Assembly (NCBI GenBank): GCA_963666365.2
Contig: CAXXNF010000002.1
Coordinates: 512,001-576,000, forward strand
Direction of reading: 5' to 3'
DNA length: 64,000 nt
Origin: Syntrophales bacterium
GTDB taxonomy: Bacteria; Desulfobacterota; Syntrophia; Syntrophales; UBA2210
In this document: in pieces, positions 60,023 through 64,000 of the stretch
How the letters are laid out: each line of letters opens with the position of its first letter
Position numbering within the stretch: the first letter of the stretch is position 1
Translations under genes and position numbers: made by a program
The notes under the pieces: model-generated
Seen by the model: the letters and a program-made list of their open reading frames with translations, nothing else
The model's database searches: none
Told to the model about the DNA's origin: nothing

Positions 60023-61513
60023 ATGAAAAAAACATTTTTGGGGATTCTAAGCCTGGTGGCTCTTGTGACGGTAGCCTGCACGTCCGGCAACGATACCCTG
60101 ACCGCCGGCTAGAACCTTTACCTGGCCGCAGTAGGCAAGGAAGCATCCGGCGACTATGTGTCGGCCGTCAACCTTTATCAGCAGGCCCTTCCCCTTGTCC
60201 GACAGGATGGCCATGATGCTCTCGCCAGAGAGTGCCTGATCGGCTTGAAACAAACCTTTCCCGTTGTTGCGGATTTCTCGGCAACCGAGCAGGACATCCG
60301 CGACAGTCTCTCCCAGACATTTACCATTACCGAAGAGCAGATTAATGATCTGATTCCCAAAATCGCGTACCAGGACATGGGAGGCATACGATACTACTAC
60401 AGCGACTTTGTGGATACGGTCATTCACCTGGACCTTGCACTGATGCAGCAGCTGCCCGCGGTGATGGACCGCAATCGGCTGGGGTACACGGCGGTAGAGC
60501 GCTTCATCACTATTCCCGGTCCTGTATCAGGTTCACCCTACATCAATCCGATTCGCTACGAAGCAATTGCGACCTATCATGTTCCCCGGGATCTGTTGCC
60601 TGCAACCGGCTTGTTGAAAATATGGCAGCCAGTGGCCATTACAACCGATTGCCAGACCGACGTGACGGTGATCTCGGTTACGCCCGAAGACTACGTGGTC
60701 CATCCTGCAACACTGGACGGCAATTTAGGCGACATTTACCTGGAAGTCCCGCTGGCTGATCTTTCCGACGATTTGCACGTTGAGATTCGGTTCGAATTTA
60801 CGCACTATGAACAAAGATTCACCATGATTGATCCCGACGGCGTGGGTGAGTACGACAGATCAAGCGCCCTGTACCGCGAGTACACCGCTTCGGGGAAAAA
60901 CATTTTCATCACCCCGGAAATCGCCGAAAAAGCAAAAGAGATTGTCGGCTCAGAACAAAATCCCTATCGCGCCGCGCGTCTCATTTACGACTATATCGTG
61001 GAGCATCTGACCTATAGTCACATGCCGTATTTGGCGATTGAATCGCTGCACATCCCTGCAGCCGTGTACGTTCATGAACAGGGCTATGGAGATTGCGGCG
61101 CCCAAAGTGCGTATTTTGCTTCATTGTGCCGAGCTTTGGGCATTCCCGCACGCACAACCGGGGGGTACCAGTTATTCCCTGGTATGGAAGGCGGTCATTT
61201 CTGGGCTGAGTTTTATCTGCCCCATTATGGGTGGGTTCCTGTGGACACCTCCGTGGCGCAAATCGCCAACTACCTGCCTGAACTGACACTGGAAGAGAAA
61301 CAGGCCTACAGAGATTATTTATTCGGCAGCATGGATCCTTACCGCTGGGTGGTACAAAAAGATGTGGATCTGCCATTTTCTCCACCGGCTGCGGAGCGAA
61401 CGCTGATGACTCTCGCCCTTCAACTGCCGGCGGCGCTCTGCGATGAAATCGACGATTTTCCTGAAGAAGTTCTCTGGTCTCATTACGAGATTCATTTTAT
61501 TCCCATATCTTAA
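60023..61513 (+). pseudogene. Transglutaminase-like lipoprotein with an in-frame TAG at codon 30 (pseudogene or readthrough)
   Basis: MKKTFLGILSLVALVTVAC lipoprotein signal in frame with the 60158 ORF across TAG 60110-60112; catalytic motifs GDCG, HFWAEFY, W.PVD. Confidence 0.75.
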
Positions 61514-62229
61514 TGCCTGTTTGTTACGGCCAGATTCCAGGTGAGGGCGTCATCGGAACGAACACCGCCAATGGCACAGACCCTTATGTCGTCGCCCTTG
61601 TTGGTCGCTTCGGAAATGTCGTATATATACGTCGCGATATCCTCTGGAGTTTCCGCCGTTAATCGGATCACCGGCAAGGTTGCTCTGCTCTCGAAGGCCT
61701 CTGGATTCTCAAGATCGCCGTTATATGTTGATATGCCCGTCATTGTGCCGGGTGCAGGTTTCAGTTCATAGGTTCTTGCCGGGGGAGCGTCTGTTATTAT
61801 CCCGAGGATGTACACTGGTCTGTCTGTGGCGGCGGAATTCATGATCAGACCGGCAATTCTGGGCGTATGAAGGTTGTCCGGTTCGTATCCTGCGCCGGTC
61901 ATGATCATTTCCATATAATCTCCCACGGGCCTGGATCCGGTATGATGCAACAACCGGTATGTCTCGAAGATTGCTTCCGTCTGAATGCCGTTACTTACTG
62001 CCGCAAGTCCAATGCTGTTATCATACCTGATTGCAGTATAGTGTCTCAGCCAGTCATATGGGTCGTTTCCGATCGGCCCCATTATTACGCCGTTTTCCGT
62101 CAAAGTGCCTTTTCTCTCTCTGCTCGCCGGGCTACGGCCGGTAACCAGATAAGCAAAAGCCGGTCTTCCCTTAGTCGTCATGCCGAGAAACAGCTGCCTC
62201 CCGGGATACGGTCCATTCGGATTTGTCAT
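61510..62229 (-). CDS. purO: IMP cyclohydrolase, PurO-like (Ntn fold)
   Basis: YPGR, Y.VTGRS..SR.R, SNG.QT, YEPD..HTPRI.G; start at MTNPNG after GAGG. Confidence 0.8.
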   Translation of the reverse strand: MTNPNGPYPGRQLFLGMTTKGRPAFAYLVTGRSPASRERKGTLTENGVIMGPIGNDPYDWLRHYTAIRYDNSIGLAAVSNGIQTEAIFETYRLLHHTGSRPVGDYMEMIMTGAGYEPDNLHTPRIAGLIMNSAATDRPVYILGIITDAPPARTYELKPAPGTMTGISTYNGDLENPEAFESRATLPVIRLTAETPEDIATYIYDISEATNKGDDIRVCAIGGVRSDDALTWNLAVTNRH

Positions 62230-62712
62230 AGATTCCTCTCTTGTGATGAATGTATCGGACGGCACGATTTGAACCTGGGACATCCGGTTCCCCTCATTCG
62301 CGACCCATCGGCTTATACCATCATCGCTGTTTAAATACAACAGGCATATCCACCCGCCGGCGCCGCTGCTTAAAACGGTGTCATCGCACTTTATCGTGAA
62401 AGCCTCTACTTCAAGAAGGGATATCTGATAGTGCTAATCGCCCTGTGGCAGATCCCCGGATCTTCGGTGTGTTCCAGGTAGATTTGAAACGATTCTTCAT
62501 GGATTTTCGATGTTCTGCACGCAGAATGTCGGTAAAAAGAACGGATAAGGAGAAACTTTTGTCCTGGGACGGGCGAGCGGTTTCTTTCTTGATCGGTTAT
62601 TCCTGAGATGATATAGAAAAACCTGCCCTTGCAATGGTAAAGAATTTCACAGTTCCCATAGCGATGACAGGCTTTTGCAGTATAAAACGGATATGTAAAG
62701 GAGAAAAAAAAG

Positions 62713-63522
62713 ATGCCGCACATGGATCTCAACACCCTGTTTTCATTGAACGGCAAGGTTGCGATAGTCACCGGCGGATCTCGGGGGATAGGTAAGATGA
62801 TTGCACAGGGTCTGCTCCAGGCAGGTGCGAAGGTGTATATCACGGCAAGGAAAAAAGGCGCCTGCGAGGAAACAGCGGCGGAACTTTCTGAATTCGGCCC
62901 CTGCCTGGCAATTCCGGCGGATGTGGGTACGCCTGAAGGCCGGGCAGAACTGATGAATGCCTTCTGTGAAAAGGAAGACAGTCTCCACATACTGATTAAC
63001 AATGCCGGAACGAACTGGGGCGAGGTGTTTGAAAAATATCCCGATGATGCCTTTGAAAAGGTGTTGCATTTAAACGTCAGCGCCCTCTTTTCCATGACCC
63101 GTGATTTTGTTCATCTGCTCGAAAAGGCGGCGACAAAGGAAGATCCGGCACGGGTGGTAAATATCGGTTCCATGGACGGCCTCCACATTCCGACGGTATC
63201 GCGCACCGGCACCTACGCCTACACATCAAGTAAGGCGGCGGTCCATCATCTTACCCGGAATCTGGCGGTAGCGCTCGGTCCGCGTTATATAACCGTCAAC
63301 GCAATTGCCCCGGGGTTTTTCCCGAGCCGCATGACCGATTTTATATTCGACAAATACCTTCCGGATATAGAGGAAAACAGCCTTATGAAGCGCGTGGGAA
63401 GGCCGGAGGAAATGGCGGCGGTGGCTGTATATCTCTGTTCCAAGGGAGGCGCCTATACTGACGGCGTCGTGATACCCGTTGACGGTGGCACATCCATCAA
63501 CCATCAACATGTAAAATTTTAG
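62713..63522 (+). CDS. Short-chain dehydrogenase/reductase
   Basis: TGGSRGIG, NNAG, Y...K (YTSSK), VNAIAPG, VDGG. Confidence 0.93.
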   Translation: MPHMDLNTLFSLNGKVAIVTGGSRGIGKMIAQGLLQAGAKVYITARKKGACEETAAELSEFGPCLAIPADVGTPEGRAELMNAFCEKEDSLHILINNAGTNWGEVFEKYPDDAFEKVLHLNVSALFSMTRDFVHLLEKAATKEDPARVVNIGSMDGLHIPTVSRTGTYAYTSSKAAVHHLTRNLAVALGPRYITVNAIAPGFFPSRMTDFIFDKYLPDIEENSLMKRVGRPEEMAAVAVYLCSKGGAYTDGVVIPVDGGTSINHQHVKF

Positions 63523-63582
63523 CTGCAAAACAAAGAAGAGGGGGCGACCGCCTCCAGTGAAAAGAAGTTGGGAGACTATAGA

Positions 63583-64000
63583 ATGAGTGATTTGAAAAAG
63601 GCCTACAAAACAATCATGGACGATCATTTCCCCGACACGATGACCATCACCTTCGGGAACCAGACGCTCGCGTACCGGAAAAGAGCCTGGAAGCTTGAAG
63701 ACGGCGGCACACTGGTCGAAAAAGGACTTCGCTATGGTGAAAATCCGGGTCAGGAAGCGGCCATGTATGAACTCGTCAACGGCAACCTCACACTGGGCGA
63801 TTGCAGATTTATTGAACCGGGCAATGCCCTGGTCAGTGCAGTCGATGAAACGATGATGCTGCAGCCGGGCAAACACCCCGGTAAAATAAACCTGACGGAT
63901 ATTGACAACGCGCTCAACGTGCTGAAGTATCTGATGGACAAACCTTCGGCGGTGATCGTGAAGCACAATAATCCCTGCGGCGTTGCCCATGGTACGACAT
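63583..64000 (+). CDS. purH: AICAR transformylase (PurH C-terminal domain only); runs off the window
   Basis: Not in the ORF track. Manual translation MSDLKKAYKTIMDDHFP...GLRYGENPGQEAA...GKHPGKINLTDID...KHNNPCGVA, with no N-terminal IMPCH domain. Confidence 0.85.
   Translation, partial: MSDLKKAYKTIMDDHFPDTMTITFGNQTLAYRKRAWKLEDGGTLVEKGLRYGENPGQEAAMYELVNGNLTLGDCRFIEPGNALVSAVDETMMLQPGKHPGKINLTDIDNALNVLKYLMDKPSAVIVKHNNPCGVAHGTT

Noticed and set aside
62230..62400. Possible ZTP riboswitch upstream of purO
   Set aside because: The conserved ZTP elements (GACUGGCG..., GCC..CCGCCUGGGC) were not found.
63226..63990. 254-aa minus-strand ORF
   Set aside because: It is the shadow of the SDR and the plus-strand purH.

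Overview
Bacterial chromosomal window, most likely from an anaerobic deltaproteobacterium (Desulfobacterota/Syntrophales-like; inferred from gene content). Positions 1-45600 are mostly housekeeping: patB, a CBM48 protein, GSIII with a sigma54 promoter, an attenuator-controlled trpB-A-D-C-F operon without trpEG, a PAS kinase, a Kef-type antiporter, ydbH/ynbE-ydbL-like genes, lipA, gcvT-H-PA-PB, nadB, tsaD, rsmA, cstA, pan RNA-panCD, metK-ahcY, lptFG, lpxH, speB-pdaD, a kinase plus REC-adenylate cyclase pair, and tRNA-fMet. After the tRNA comes an accessory region. It holds an integrase-less integron cassette array (CALIN) with self-matching cassette ends and palindromic ORF-less units, an IS1634 with a 6-bp target duplication, two DUF1566 paralogs with a DGR-type variable region, an OmpA-domain protein, a 1.4-kaa secreted protein with a dockerin-like tail, and a transglutaminase-like lipoprotein gene with an in-frame TAG. 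The window ends with purO-like, SDR and cyclohydrolase-less purH genes. The most striking candidate for a new system is the trp operon: TrpD carries an N-terminal Lrp/AsnC (RAM) domain, and both TrpD and TrpF have lost the residues that bind the anthranilate carboxylate. This suggests an anthranilate-independent route to indole or tryptophan (or an analogue) under a five-segment Trp attenuator. All calls were made by eye; no searches were run.
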